64,000 nt of DNA, from positions 33,001 to 97,000 of the forward strand of contig NW_027437460.1 in NCBI RefSeq assembly GCF_964204645.1, written 5' to 3'. The notes under the pieces were generated by a model. The model was not told the origin of the DNA. It was given only the letters and a program-made list of their open reading frames with translations, and did no database searches. Origin of the DNA: Tubulanus polymorphus. Its lineage: Eukaryota > Animalia > Nemertea. The position numbers and the translations under genes were made by a program. This document shows positions 45,001-57,436 of the stretch, piece by piece. Positions within the stretch are counted from its first letter, which is position 1. Every line of letters begins with the position of its first letter.

Positions 45001-48000
45001 TATTTAGCTAGAAAAATCTGTATCTTTCAACCCATCTACTCGAAATCAGTTCAGTTTACCTTAACCTATCATTTCAGATCGAATTCATCATCTTCAGGAG
45101 CATTTAGTAGCCAGAAAATTCTTAATCTTTCCACCTATCTATTTCAAATCAGTTCAATACGCCTAAACCCATCTTTTCAGATTGAAACCATCATCTTCAG
45201 AAGCAAAAGCAGCCAGAAAATTCTGAATCTTTCACACAGTCTATTGAAAATCAGTTCAGTACACCCTAACCCACCAATTAAGATAGAATTCATCATCTTT
45301 AGGACCATATTTAGCTAGAAAAATCTGTATCTTTCAACCCATCTACTCGAAATCAGTTCAGTTTACCTTAACCTATCATTTCAGATCGAATCCATCCTCT
45401 TCAGGAGCAAAAAGTAGCTAGAAAATTCTTAATCTTTCCACCTATCTATTTCAAAGCAGTTCAATACGCCTAAACCCATCTTTTCAGATTGAAAGCATCA
45501 TCTTCAGAAGCAAAAGCAGCCAGAAAATTCTGAATCTTTCAAACAGTCTATTGAAAATCAGTTCAGTACACCCTAACCCACCAATTAAGATAGAATTCAT
45601 CATCTTTAGGACCATATTTAGCTAGAAAAATCTGTATCTTTCAACCCATCTACTCGAAATCAGTTCAGTTTACCTTAACCTATCATTTCAGATTGAATCT
45701 ATCATCTTCAGGAGCAAAAGTAGCTAGAAAATTCTTAATTTTTCCACCTATCTATTTCAAATCAGTTCAATACGCCTAAACCCATCTTTTCAGATTGAAT
45801 CCATCATCTTCAGAAGCAAAAGCAGCCAGAAAATTCTGAATCTTTCAAACAGTCTATTGAAAATCAGTTCAGTACACCCTAACCCACCAATTAAGATAGA
45901 ATTCATCATCTTTAGGACCATATTTAGCTAGAAAAATCTGTATCTTTCAACCCATCTACTCGAAATCAGTTCAGTTTACCTTAACCTATCATTTCAGATC
46001 GAATCCATCATCTTCAGGAGCATTTAGTAGCCAGAAAATTCTTAATCTTTCCACCTATCTATTTCAAATCAGTTCAATACGCCTAAACCCATCTTTTCAG
46101 ATTGAATCCATCATCTTCAGAAGCAAAAGCAGCCAGAAAATCCTGAATCTTTCAAACAGTCTATTGAAAATCAGTTCAGTACACCCTAACCCACCAATTA
46201 AGATAGAATTCATCATCTTTAGGACCATATTTAGCTAGAAAAATCTGTATCTTTCAACCGATCTACTCGAAATCAGTTCACTTTACCTTAACCAATCATT
46301 TCAGATCGAATCCATCATCTTCAGGAACAAAAGTAGCTAGAAAATTCTTAATCTTTCCACCTATCTATTTGAAATCAGTTCAATACGCCTAAACCCATCT
46401 TTTCAGATTGAATCCATCATCTTCAGAAGCAAAAGCAGCCAGAAAATTCTGAATCTTTCAAACAGTCTATTGAAAATCAGTTCAGTACACCCTAACCCAC
46501 CAATTAAGATAGAATTCATCATCTTTAGGACCATATTTAGCTAGAAAAATCTGTATCTTTCAACCCATCTACTCGAAATCAGTTTAGTTTACCTTAACCT
46601 ATCATTTGAGATCGAATCCATCATCTTCAGGAGCATTTAGTAGCCAGAAAATTCTTAATCTTTCCACCTATCTATTTCAAATCAGTTCAATACGCCTAAA
46701 CCCATCTTTTCAGATTGAATCCATCATCTTCAGAAGCAAAAGCAGCCAGAAAATTCTGAATCTTTCAAACAGTCTATTGAAAATCAGTTCAGTACACCCT
46801 AACCCACCAATTAAGATAGAATTCATCATCTTTAGGACCATATTTAGCTAGAAAAATCTGTATCTTTCAACCCATCTACTCGAAATCAGTTCAGTTTACC
46901 TTAACCTATCATTTCAGATCGAATCCATCATCTTCAGGAGCATTTAGTACCCAGAAAATTCTCAATCTTTCCACCTATCTATTTCAAATCAGTTCAATAC
47001 GCCTAAACCCATCTTTTCAGATTGAATCCATCATCTTCAGAAGCAAAAGCAGCCAGAAAATTCTGAATCTTTCAAACAGTCTATTGAAAATCAGTTCAGT
47101 ACACCCTAACCCACCAATTAAGATAGAATTCATCATCTTTAGGACCATATTTAGCTAGAAAAATCTGTATCTTTCAACCCATCTACTCGAAATCAGTTCA
47201 GTTTACCTTAACCTATCATTTCAGATTGAATCTATCATCTTCAGGAGCAAAAGTAGCTAGAAAATTCTTAATTTTTCCACCTATCTATTTCAAATCAGTT
47301 CAATACGCCTAAACCCATCTTTTCAGATTGAATCCATCATCTTCAGAAGCAAAAGCAGCCAGAAAATTCTGAATCTTTCAAACAGTCTATTGAAAATCAG
47401 TTCAGTACACCCTAACCCACCAATTAAGATAGAATTCATCATCTTTAGGACCATATTTAGCTAGAAAAATCTGTATCTTTCAACCCATCTACTCGAAATC
47501 AGTTCAGTTTACCTTAACCTATCATTTCAGATCGAATCCATCATCTTCAGGAGCATTTAGTAGCCAGAAAATTCTTAATCTTTCCACCTATCTATTTCAA
47601 ATCAGTTCAATACGCCTAAACCCATCTTTTCAGATTGAATCCATCATCTTCAGAAGCAAAAGCAGCCAGAAAATCCTGAATCTTTCAAACAGTCTATTGA
47701 AAGTCAGTTCAGTACACCCTAACCCACCAATTAAGATAGAATTCATCATCTTTAGGACCATATTTAGCTAGAAAAATCTGTATCTTTCAACCGATCTACT
47801 CGAAATCAGTTCACTTTACCTTAACCAATCATTTCAGATCGAATCCATCATCTTCAGGAGCAAAAGTAGCTAGAAAATTCTTAATCTTTCCACCTATCTA
47901 TTTCAAATCAGTTCAATACGCCTAAACCCATCTTTTCAGATTGATACCATCATCTTCAGAAGCAAAAGCAGCCAGAAAATTCTGAATCTTTCAAACAGTC

Positions 48001-51000
48001 TATTGAAAATCAGTTCAGTACACCCTAACCCACCAATTAAGATAGAATTCATCATCTTTAGGACCATATTTAGCTAGAAAAATCTGTATCTTTCAACCCA
48101 TCTACTCGAAATCAGTTCAGTTTACCTTAACCTATCATTTCAGATCGAATCCATCATCTTCAGGAGCATTTAGTAGCCAGAAAATTCTCAATCTTTCCAC
48201 CTATCTATTTCAAATCAGTTCAATACGCCTAAACCCATCTTTTCAGATTGAATCCATCATCTTCAGAAGCAAAAGCAGCCAGAAAATTCTGAATCTTTCA
48301 AACAGTCTATTGAAAATCAGTTCAGTACACCCTAACCCACCAATTAAGATAGAATTCATCATCTTTAGGACCATATTTAGCTAGAAAAATCTGTATCTTT
48401 CAACCGATCTACTCGAAATCAGTTCACTTTACCTTAACCAATCATTTCAGATCGAATCCATCATCTTCAGGAGCAAAAGTAGCTAGAAAATTCTTAATCT
48501 TTCCACCTATCTATTTCAAATCAGTTCAATACGCCTAAACCCATCTTTTCAGATTGATACCATCATCTTCAGAAGCAAAAGCAGCCAGAAAATTCTGAAT
48601 CTTTCAAACAGTCTATTGAAAATCAGTTCAGTACACCCTAACCCACCAATTAAGATAGAATTCATCATCTTTAGGACCATATTTAGCTAGAAAAATCTGT
48701 ATCTTTCAACCCATCTACTCGAAATCAGTTCAGTTTACCTTAACCTATCATTTTAGATCGAATCCATCATCTTCAGGAGCATTTAGTAGCCAGAAAATTC
48801 TCAATCTTTCCACCTATCTATTTCAAATCAGTTCAATACGCCTAAACCCATCTTTTCAGATTGAATCCATCATCTTCAGAAGCAAAAGCAGCCAGAAAAT
48901 TCTGAATCTTTCAAACAGTCTATTGAAAATCAGTTCAGTACACCCTAACCCACCAATTAAGATAGAATTCATCATCTTTAGGACCATATTTAGCTAGAAA
49001 AATCTGTATCTTTCAACCGATCTACTCGAAATCAGTTCAATTTACCTTAACCAATCATTTCAGATCGAATCCATCATCATCAGGAGCAAAAGTAGCTAGA
49101 AAATTCTTAATCTTTCCACCTATCTATTTGAAATCAGTTCAATACGCCTAAACCCATCTTTTCAGATTGAATCCATCATCTTCAGAAGCAAAAGCAGCCA
49201 GAAAATTCTGAATCTTTCAAAGAGTCTATTGAAAATCAGTTCAGTACACCCTAACCCACCAATTAAGATAGATTCATCATCTTTAGGACCATATTTAGCT
49301 AGAAAAATCTGTATCTTTCAACCCATCTACTCGAAATCAGTTCAGTTTACCTTAACCTATCATTTCAGATCGAATCCATCATCTTCAGGAGCAAAAAGTA
49401 GCTAGAAAATTCTTAATCTTTCCACCTATCTATTTCAAATCAGTTCAATACGCCTAAACCCATCTTTTCAGATTGAAAGCATCATCTTCAGAAGCAAAAG
49501 CAGCCAGAAAATTCTGAATCTTTCAAACAGTCTATTGAAAATCAGTTCAGTACACCCTAACCCACCAATTAAGATAGAATTCATCATCTTTAGGACCATA
49601 TTTAGCTAGAAAAATCTGTATCTTTCAACCCATCTACTCGAAATCAGTTCAGTTTACCTTAACCTATCATTTGAGATCGAATCCATCATCTTCAGGAGCA
49701 TTTAGTAGCCAGAAAATTCTTAACCTTTCCACCTATCTATTTCAAATCAGTTCAATACGCCTAAACCCATCTTTTCAGATTGAATCCATCATCTTCAGAA
49801 GCAAAAGCAGCCAGAAAATCCTGAATCTTTCAAACAGTCTATTCAAAATCAGTTCAGTACACCCTAACACACCAATTAAGATAGAATTCATCATCTTTAG
49901 GACCATATTTAGCTAGAAAAATCTGTATCTTTCAACCCATCTTCTCGAAATCAGTTCAGTTAACCTTAACCTATCATTTCAGATCGAATCCATCATCTTC
50001 AGGAGCATTTAGTAGCCAGAAAATTCTTAATCTTTCCACCTATCTATTTCAAATCAGTTCAATACGCCTAAACCCATCTTTTCGGATTGAAACCATCATC
50101 TTCAGAAGCAAAAGCAGCCAGAAAATTCTGAATCTTTCAAACAGTCTATTGAAAATCAGTTCAGTACACCCTAACCCACCAATTAAGATAGAATTCATCA
50201 TCTTTAGGACCATATTTAGCTAGAAAAATCTGTATCTTTCAACCGATCTACTCGAAATCAGTTCAGTTTACCTTAACCTATCATTTCAGATCGAATCCAT
50301 CATCTTCAGGAGCAAAAGTAGCTAGAAAATTCTTAATCTTTCCACCTATCTATTTGAAGTCAGTTCAATACGCCTTAACCCATCTTTTCAGATTGAAACC
50401 ATCATCTTCAGAAGGAAAAGCAGCCAGAAAATTCTGAATCTTTCAAACAGTCTATTGAAAATCAGTTCAGTACACCCTAACCCACCAATTAAGATAGAAT
50501 TCATCATCTTTAGGACCATATTTAGCTAGAAAAATCTGTATCTTTCAACCCATCCACCAAAAATCAGTTCAGTTTACCTTAACCTATCATTTCAGATCGA
50601 ATCCATCATCTTCAGGAGCAAAAGTAGCTAGAAAATTCTTAATCTTTCCACCTATCTATTTGAAGTCAGTTCAATACGCCTTAACCCATCTTTTCAGATT
50701 GAAACCATCATCTTCAGAAGCAAAAGCAGCCAGAAAATTCTGAATCTTTCAAACAGTCTATTGAAAATCAGTTCAGTACACCCTAACCCACCAATTAAGA
50801 TAGAATTCATCATCTTTAGGACCATATTTAGCTAGAAAAATCTGTATCTTTCAACCCATCTACTCGAAATCAGTTTAGTTTACCTTAACCTATCATTTGA
50901 GATCGAATCCATCATCTTCAGGAGCAAAAGTAGCTAGAAAATTCTTAATCTTTCCACCTATCTATTTCAAATCAGTTCAATACGCCTAAACCCATCTTTT

Positions 51001-53620
51001 CAGATTGAAACCATCATCTTCAGAAGCAAAAGCAGCCAGAAAATTCTGAATCTTTCAAACAGTCTATTGAAAATCAGTTCATTACACCCTAACCCACCAA
51101 TTAAGATAGAATTCATCATCTTTAGGACCATATTTAGCTAGAAAAATCTGTATCTTTCAACCCATCTACTCGAAATCAGTTCAGTTTACCTTAACCTATC
51201 ATTTCAGATCGAATCTATCATCTTCAGGAGCAAAAGTAGCTAGAAAATTCGTAATCTTTCCACCTATCTATTTGAAATCAGTTCAATACGCCTAAACCCA
51301 TCTTTTCAGATTGAATCCATCATCTTCAGAAGCAAAAGCAGCCAGAAAATTCTGAATCTTTCAAACAGTCTATTGATAATCAGTTCAGTACTCCCTAACC
51401 CACCAATTAAGATAGAATTCATCATCTTTAGGACCATATTTAGCTAGAAAAATCTGTATCTTTCAACCCATCTACTCGAAATCAGTTCAGTTTACCTTAA
51501 CCTATCATTTCAGATCGAATTCATCATCTTCAGGAGCATTTAGTAGCCAGAAAATTCTTAATATTTCCACCTATCTATTTCAAATCAGTTCAATACGCCT
51601 AAACCCATCTTTTCAGATTGAATCCATCATCTTCAGAAGCAAAAGCAGCCAGAAAATTCTGAATCTTTCAAACAGTCTATTGAAAATCAGTTCAGTACAC
51701 CCTAACCCACCAATTAAGATAGAATTCATCATCTTTAGGACCATATTTAGCTAGAAAAATCTGTATCTTTCAACCCATCTACTCGACATCAGTTTAGTTT
51801 ACCTTAACCTATCATTTCAGATCGAATTCATCATCTTCAGGAGCATTTAGTAGCCAGAAAATTCTTAATCTTTCCACCTATCTATTTCAAATCAGTTCAA
51901 TACGCCTAAACCCATCTTTTCAGATTGAATCCATCATCTTCAGAAGCAAAAGAAGCCAGAAAATTCTGAATCTTTCAAACAGTCTATTGAAAATCAGTTC
52001 AGTACACCCTAACCCACCAATTAAGATAGAATTCATCATCTTTAGGACCATATTTAGCTAGAAAAATCTGTATCTTTCAACCCATCTACTCGAAATCAGT
52101 TCAGTTTACCTTAACCTATCATTTGAGATCGAATCCATCATCTTCAGGAGCATGTAGTAGCCAGAAAATTCTTAATCTTTCCACCTATCTATTTCAAATC
52201 AGTTCAATACGCCTAAACCCATCTTTTCAGATTGAAACCATCATCTTCAGAAGCAAAAGCAGCCAGAAAATTCTGAATCTTTCAAACAGTCTATTGAAAA
52301 TCAGTTCAGTACACCCTAACCCACCAATTAAGATAGAATTCATCATCTTTAGGACCATATTTAGCTAGAAAAATCTGTATCTTTCAACCCATCTTCTCGA
52401 AATCAGTTCACTTTACCTTAACCTATCATTTCAGATCGAATCTATCATCTTCAGGAGCAAAAGTAGCTAGAAAATTCTTAATCTTTCCACCTATCGATTT
52501 CAAATCAGTTCAATACGCCTAAACCCATCTTTTCAGATTGAATCCATCATCTTCAGAAGCAAAAGCAGCCAGAAAATTCTGAATCTTTCAAACAGTCTAT
52601 TGAAAATCAGTTCAGTACACCCTAACCCACCAATTAAGATAGAATTCATCATCTTTAGGACCATATTTAGCTAGAAAAATCTGTATCTTTCAACCCATCT
52701 ACTCGAAATCAGTTCAGTTTACCTTAACCTATCATTTGAGATCGAATCCATCATCTTCAGGAGCATTTAGTAGCCTGAAAATTCTTAATCTTTCCACCTA
52801 TCTATTTCAAATCAGTTCAATACGCCTAAACCCATCTTTTCAGATTGAATCCATCACCTTCAGAAGCAAAAGCAGCCAGAAAATTCTGAATCTTTCGAAC
52901 AGTCTATTGAAAATCAGTTCAGTACACCCTAACCCACCAATTAAGATAGAATTCATCATCTTTAGGACCATATTTAGCTAGAAAAATCTGTATCTTTCAA
53001 CCCATCTACTCGAAATCAGTTCAGTTTACCTTAACCTATCATTTCAGATCGAATCCATCATCTTCAGGAGCAAAAGTAGCTAGAAAATTCGTAATCTTTC
53101 CACCTATCTATTTCAAATCAGTTCAATACGCCTAAACCCATCTTTTCAGATTGAATCCATCATCTTCAGAAGCAAAAGCAGCCAGAAAATTCTGAATCTT
53201 TCAAACAGTCTATTGAAAATCAGTTCAGTACACCCTAGCCCACCAATTAAGATAGAATTCATCATCTTTAAGACCATATTTAGCTAGAAAAATCTGTATC
53301 TTTCAACCCATCTACTCGAAATCAGTCCAGTTTACCTTAACCTATCATTTGAGATCGAATCCATCATCTTCAGGAGCATTTAGTAGCCAGAAAATTCTTA
53401 ATCTTTCCACCTATCTATTTCAAATCAGTTCAATACGCCTAACCCCATCTTTTCAGATTGAATCTATCATCTCCACGAGCAAAAGCAGCTAGAAAATTCT
53501 TAATCTTTCCACCCATCTACTCGAAATCAGTTCAGTTTACCTTAACCTATCATTTCAGATCAAACAACCCTGAATCTGAATCTTTCAACCTATCTATTTG
53601 AATTCAGTTAAGTACACCCC
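1..53620 (+). repeat. Large tandem satellite array, ~306-bp monomer = 3 x 102-bp subunits (A/B/C), ~175 monomers; runs off the left edge
   Basis: GTTTACCTTAACC recurs at 1, 307, etc., and AAATCAGTTCA ends at 102, 204 and 306. Subunit A starts gtttaccttaacctatc, B starts atacgcctaaacccatc, C starts gtacaccctaacccacc. Monomers differ by a few SNPs or 1-bp indels (305-307 bp, rarely 311 or 204). The array is AT-rich with C>>G on the + strand (subunit A: ~24 C vs ~10 G). Degenerate, chimeric subunits occur at 53430-53620, followed by unique sequence. Confidence 0.98.
27271..27474 (+). repeat. 204-bp truncated satellite monomer (A/B fusion, one 102-bp subunit lost); also at 27782-27985 and 30134-30337
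   Basis: The A-type head (aacctatcattt[g/c]agatc) runs directly into the B-type tail (cagaagcaaaagcagccag) through the shared GAATCCATCATCTTCAG. The next A start is exactly 204 bp later in all three cases. Confidence 0.95.
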
Positions 53621-56291
53621 GACTCATATCTATTCATAATCAGTTTCAACAGTTTATAACGAATTCAGTAGTGAATTCTAAAACTTCTTTAATTTAATCT
53701 TATTGACAACGAGAGGGTTGCGAAATTGGAGTAACTGACCCCGTAAAATTACAATAGACAGAGACCTACCTACTTAGACTCGCCGTGAGAAAAATGAAAC
53801 AGCACGAAATGACTTCAAACGATGACTAAAAAAGGTCGCAGGCACATCCAACATTTATAATCTATAGAATAATTGTAATAAATTGTTGAATCTTATTCTG
53901 TTTCATGTAATGAATTTCTATGTTTGCAATAAAAAAATGTGTTCACTGGTACGAAAACAACCGCTGCTATTACGAGATTAATATATGAAATTGAGAGGAG
54001 ACCTCAAAATAACAAGGTGTGGATTATTTAAATATATAATTTTTCAATGATTTGAATCATCAACTTAATTTCAACATTACAATCCGCGTCTTCTAAAAAT
54101 ATACGCGAGAAATATCGACATCGAAAACAGCGCGACCAAAATCAGTAAATTAATTCAACCAAATAAACCAGAAACCCAGGTCCCAATGGAATAGGACCCG
54201 ACCGGGTGGGATGGGTGCTGTCTGAACCTGAAACCAGTTGTACGTAAGTAAATGTCATTTGTATTTTATAAGAAGTAGAGTTCAACAGTTCAACTCTTCA
54301 TCTTAATCAAATCACACTTAACTCACAAACTGTCAAACATTTTCAATCAAGTTCAATTGTAAATAAATGCAACTTTTAGTGTTAAAAAGTTCCACTTGAA
54401 ATTTCAACTGTATTTTAAATCAACAGCTGAAATTATGTTCTAATTCACGGATTTATCAACTAACTATTCTAACCTAACCTATATATATTCGGCCTACCTA
54501 TTCAGGCTCGGGTTTAGAGGTAGGGGATACTGAAATAGAGACATGTTATACAGGTCAAACCGGAATTCTTCAGTCACTCTGTCATCATCATTCAACTTCA
54601 GGTTCAATCTTCTGTGACTAGGGGGTCTTGTTCTTCTCAATAGAAAGAAATAGAATATACAGGTCGCACCTGAATCGGGCCACTCTGTTGTGTGCTGGGG
54701 GTGAAGACACGTACTCTGTGGCCTAGTCTTCTAGGGTCTTGTCTCAGCGATGACCCTGAAATTGTCATGTTTATTTCAAGTAAAGTTTTTACATAATAGG
54801 CGTTGTCTAGTAAAGCAATAGATTTAAAAAACCGATATTCTGAAAAAAAAAGAAAAACACCTGAAAATAGAGAGAAACCCTGGAAAAGAAGCATGAAATA
54901 CAGGATCCTGAAATTAAGATATTAAGCATCAGAATAAACAAACAGCTTCCTCCAACTGAGAACTCCCAGGACACCACGCATAGCACCCTTATTTCTTTAC
55001 TTAGATTAACCCATTATATTTCCATGTAATTCTATAACTTACTAACTCACCGAGTAAGTTCCTAAACTAACTAACTAAACCTATAAAACATAATTTCAGC
55101 TGTTAATGTATTTCTAACTTACAGTTTATCCAATCCTGTGTGTGTAATGTATGAATCCAATGATAATCCTTGATTCAATTTGGATCCTTGTGTTTTCAAT
55201 AACGTGCCGGAATCCTGAATAAGAAATTTAGTTTCCAGTAACAGTTCACAGTTTTTGAGAACAGGTCATATTAATCGATTCCATTCAGAATAAATCCGTA
55301 TATATGTTCACAAGAGGTAGGTATGTTAAAATGTCTGATTTTTACTGTAGACATGACGTGCGAGCACCTCTAAGTCCGACAGACATACGAATAATGTACA
55401 CTTGACACCCAGATTTAATAATCTGTGCTGGACACGACGAACGACAAGAATGGTCGAACACAATGAAGCTTCATATTTCATATTATCTAACTATTGGGGT
55501 CACTGGTCATAATCCATCTTCGCTCTATAAACTGCGCGGCTCTGGTGAAATCAATCCATTACGAACTGCATGAAGTATGTATCAGTATAAATCAGATACT
55601 ATAGAAATATCTTATAGCAATTGATTTAACTTGAAATTTGAATTTTAATGATTGATTTATATTTTCATGAGGTTTCGGCGCCGCCAACACCGGGTCCAGC
55701 TTCCAAAACATCCTCATCGATGATTCGACGCATGATTAGTCATAGTCGTCAGTGATTGGATACAAAGTTAGTCATACTCGTCGGTGTTTGGCTAACTGGT
55801 ACAAAATATAAATATCTAAACTGGATGAAGCCGGTTGGTATTATTGTCCGAGAACGGATAAACAATAAATAACACTCGACACATTTCACGAGACTATAAA
55901 TCATCTTCTTTTTATTACACAGAATACATGTCACTAAAACAGTGTCCATCTTACAGTAGACACGACGTATTAATATCATCTCAAACTGCACCGAAATATT
56001 ACTAGTAACTGTTTGGATACTGAATGTACCCGTGTGTGACGCGCTGTGACAGGTTTCTGCGTGAACTGGTGCAACACGCGGCTAATGCAGTTTTATCTGT
56101 TGAAAATCAATTCTACTTTTAATTGATTTCGAGTCATTTGTCATTAAGTACAGCATTTGCCAATTCAGTCATTTGTCATTCATTTTTCATTATCTATGGC
56201 ATTTATCATTTTAAAGTCATTTGTAAAAATTCCGTAAATCAAGACTAAAAACCACCGAGCTTCTTGGTCATAGAAAAATTGATATCTTTCG

Positions 56292-56368
56292 TAATGCCAA
56301 ATCACGTCAATAATAACAAATCACGTCAATAATACCAAATCACGTTGATAATGCCAAATCCAAGTCGA
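56292..56368. repeat. 19-bp minisatellite, ~4 copies (TAATRMCAAATCACGTCAA), just past the GPCR stop codon
   Basis: Copies at 56292, 56311, 56330 and 56349 (last degenerate). Confidence 0.85.
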
Positions 56369-56386
56369 ATATACCGTCATTTGGTA

Positions 56387-57436
56387 TTATCGATCATCGA
56401 TTACATCATTGATTGATTTGCGGCATTTCACCAATTCCGTCATTGTAGTTTTAAAGAATTTAATTCTGATACTGTAAATGATAAAGTTACACGCGTAGTT
56501 CACCATCCATAAGATAGATGTCGTGTACATCAACTGAAACATGTTCATATGATCGTTAATGCTCAATTGACGTTCGTAGAATAAAGTCAATAGATTATAT
56601 GAAGTAACGACTACAACACGTGGTAACATACAAAGTGCAAATGTAGTTGATATGATCAGTAAATTTACTGTAATTGCGAGATCCTGGTTTTTATGAAGTT
56701 TTGAAGACTCGATTCTTTGTCGCGAAATTTCAGTCGTTTTCGGACATTTCAAAACGAAAATGATCACGAAATTAACGACGATTATGCACAAAGTGGGGAA
56801 CGTAAATTGCAGAAAAAATAAAACGAAGAGAATTATCGATCCCGATTTTCCTAATGTTTGCCAAGGTATCATACAATACGATTGACCAACACCGGGTGTA
56901 AACTGAATATCCATTACAGACAACATTAAGATATTTATTGGAATCGTGCTCGTTATCAATAACAAAATGGCAAGTCTTCGACGTTTGTTCGTGATGAATG
57001 CAGTCGCTTTCAGTGGACTACAAACTGCGATGGCGCGCTCGACTGCAAACATTACAACGATCCACGATGATAATAGCGAACAAAATGTACCGAACATTTC
57101 TCCTAATTTACATACGACAACGTGACTTGCCAAAACATTGATCTTTTTATAACCGGTAACTATAGTTAAACCGTCCTGTAACCAATTTCCTAAACCATGT
57201 ATAAATATATTACCGAAGTCAGTAATTGCGAGGATGAAGAAATACGAAGCTCCCGAGTTGTTCCATCTGTTAGCTTTACAAAATACAACGATCGTCGCCG
57301 GATTCCCGAATAGTCCTACAGAGATTATAAATATAGCTATATAACCCCTTAAAAGCCGCGAGAACACAGAGAACGAAGGCGAGAACTTTAACGATGGAAA
57401 TAGAAGGATTGGTTCCGTCGTGTTTGGTTTTAACAT
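56387..57436 (-). CDS. Intronless class A (rhodopsin-family) GPCR, FMRFamide-receptor-like/srw-like orphan type, 349 aa
   Basis: Seven hydrophobic segments are present. Motifs: TM1 GLFGNP, TM2 LAITD, TM3 Cys (VVCKL) and ERAIAV (DRY variant), ECL2 Cys (YCMIP), TM5 FPT, TM6 FALCMLP (CWxP variant), TM7 NYACNFIIY (NPxxY variant), helix-8 FFK, and an N-terminal sequon NTT. The ORF-track start at 57442 is a GTG; the first in-frame ATG is at 57436. The subfamily call comes from motif pattern only. Confidence 0.92.
   Translation of the reverse strand: MLKPNTTEPILLFPSLKFSPSFSVFSRLLRGYIAIFIISVGLFGNPATIVVFCKANRWNNSGASYFFILAITDFGNIFIHGLGNWLQDGLTIVTGYKKINVLASHVVVCKLGEMFGTFCSLLSSWIVVMFAVERAIAVCSPLKATAFITNKRRRLAILLLITSTIPINILMLSVMDIQFTPGVGQSYCMIPWQTLGKSGSIILFVLFFLQFTFPTLCIIVVNFVIIFVLKCPKTTEISRQRIESSKLHKNQDLAITVNLLIISTTFALCMLPRVVVVTSYNLLTLFYERQLSINDHMNMFQLMYTTSILWMVNYACNFIIYSIRIKFFKTTMTELVKCRKSINDVIDDR

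Noticed and set aside
2640-52981. Recurrent 75-126-aa ORFs in the ORF track (MKISSVHPNPP..., MRSNPSSSG...)
   Set aside because: They are translations of the satellite with TTG starts. They appear or vanish with 1-bp indels in monomers and show no protein-like features.
1-53620. CRISPR-like array (conserved AAATCAGTTCA every 102 bp)
   Set aside because: The intervening sequences are three recurring paralogous subunits, not unique spacers. There are no cas genes and the context is eukaryotic.
54637-54894. 85-aa minus-strand ORF
   Set aside because: Low-complexity T-rich start and no recognisable domain; likely chance.
55749-55991. 80-aa ORF with CxxC pairs, possible BED/zinc finger of a transposase
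   Set aside because: No His ligands or BED aromatic pattern, non-ATG start, and no adjoining transposase frame.
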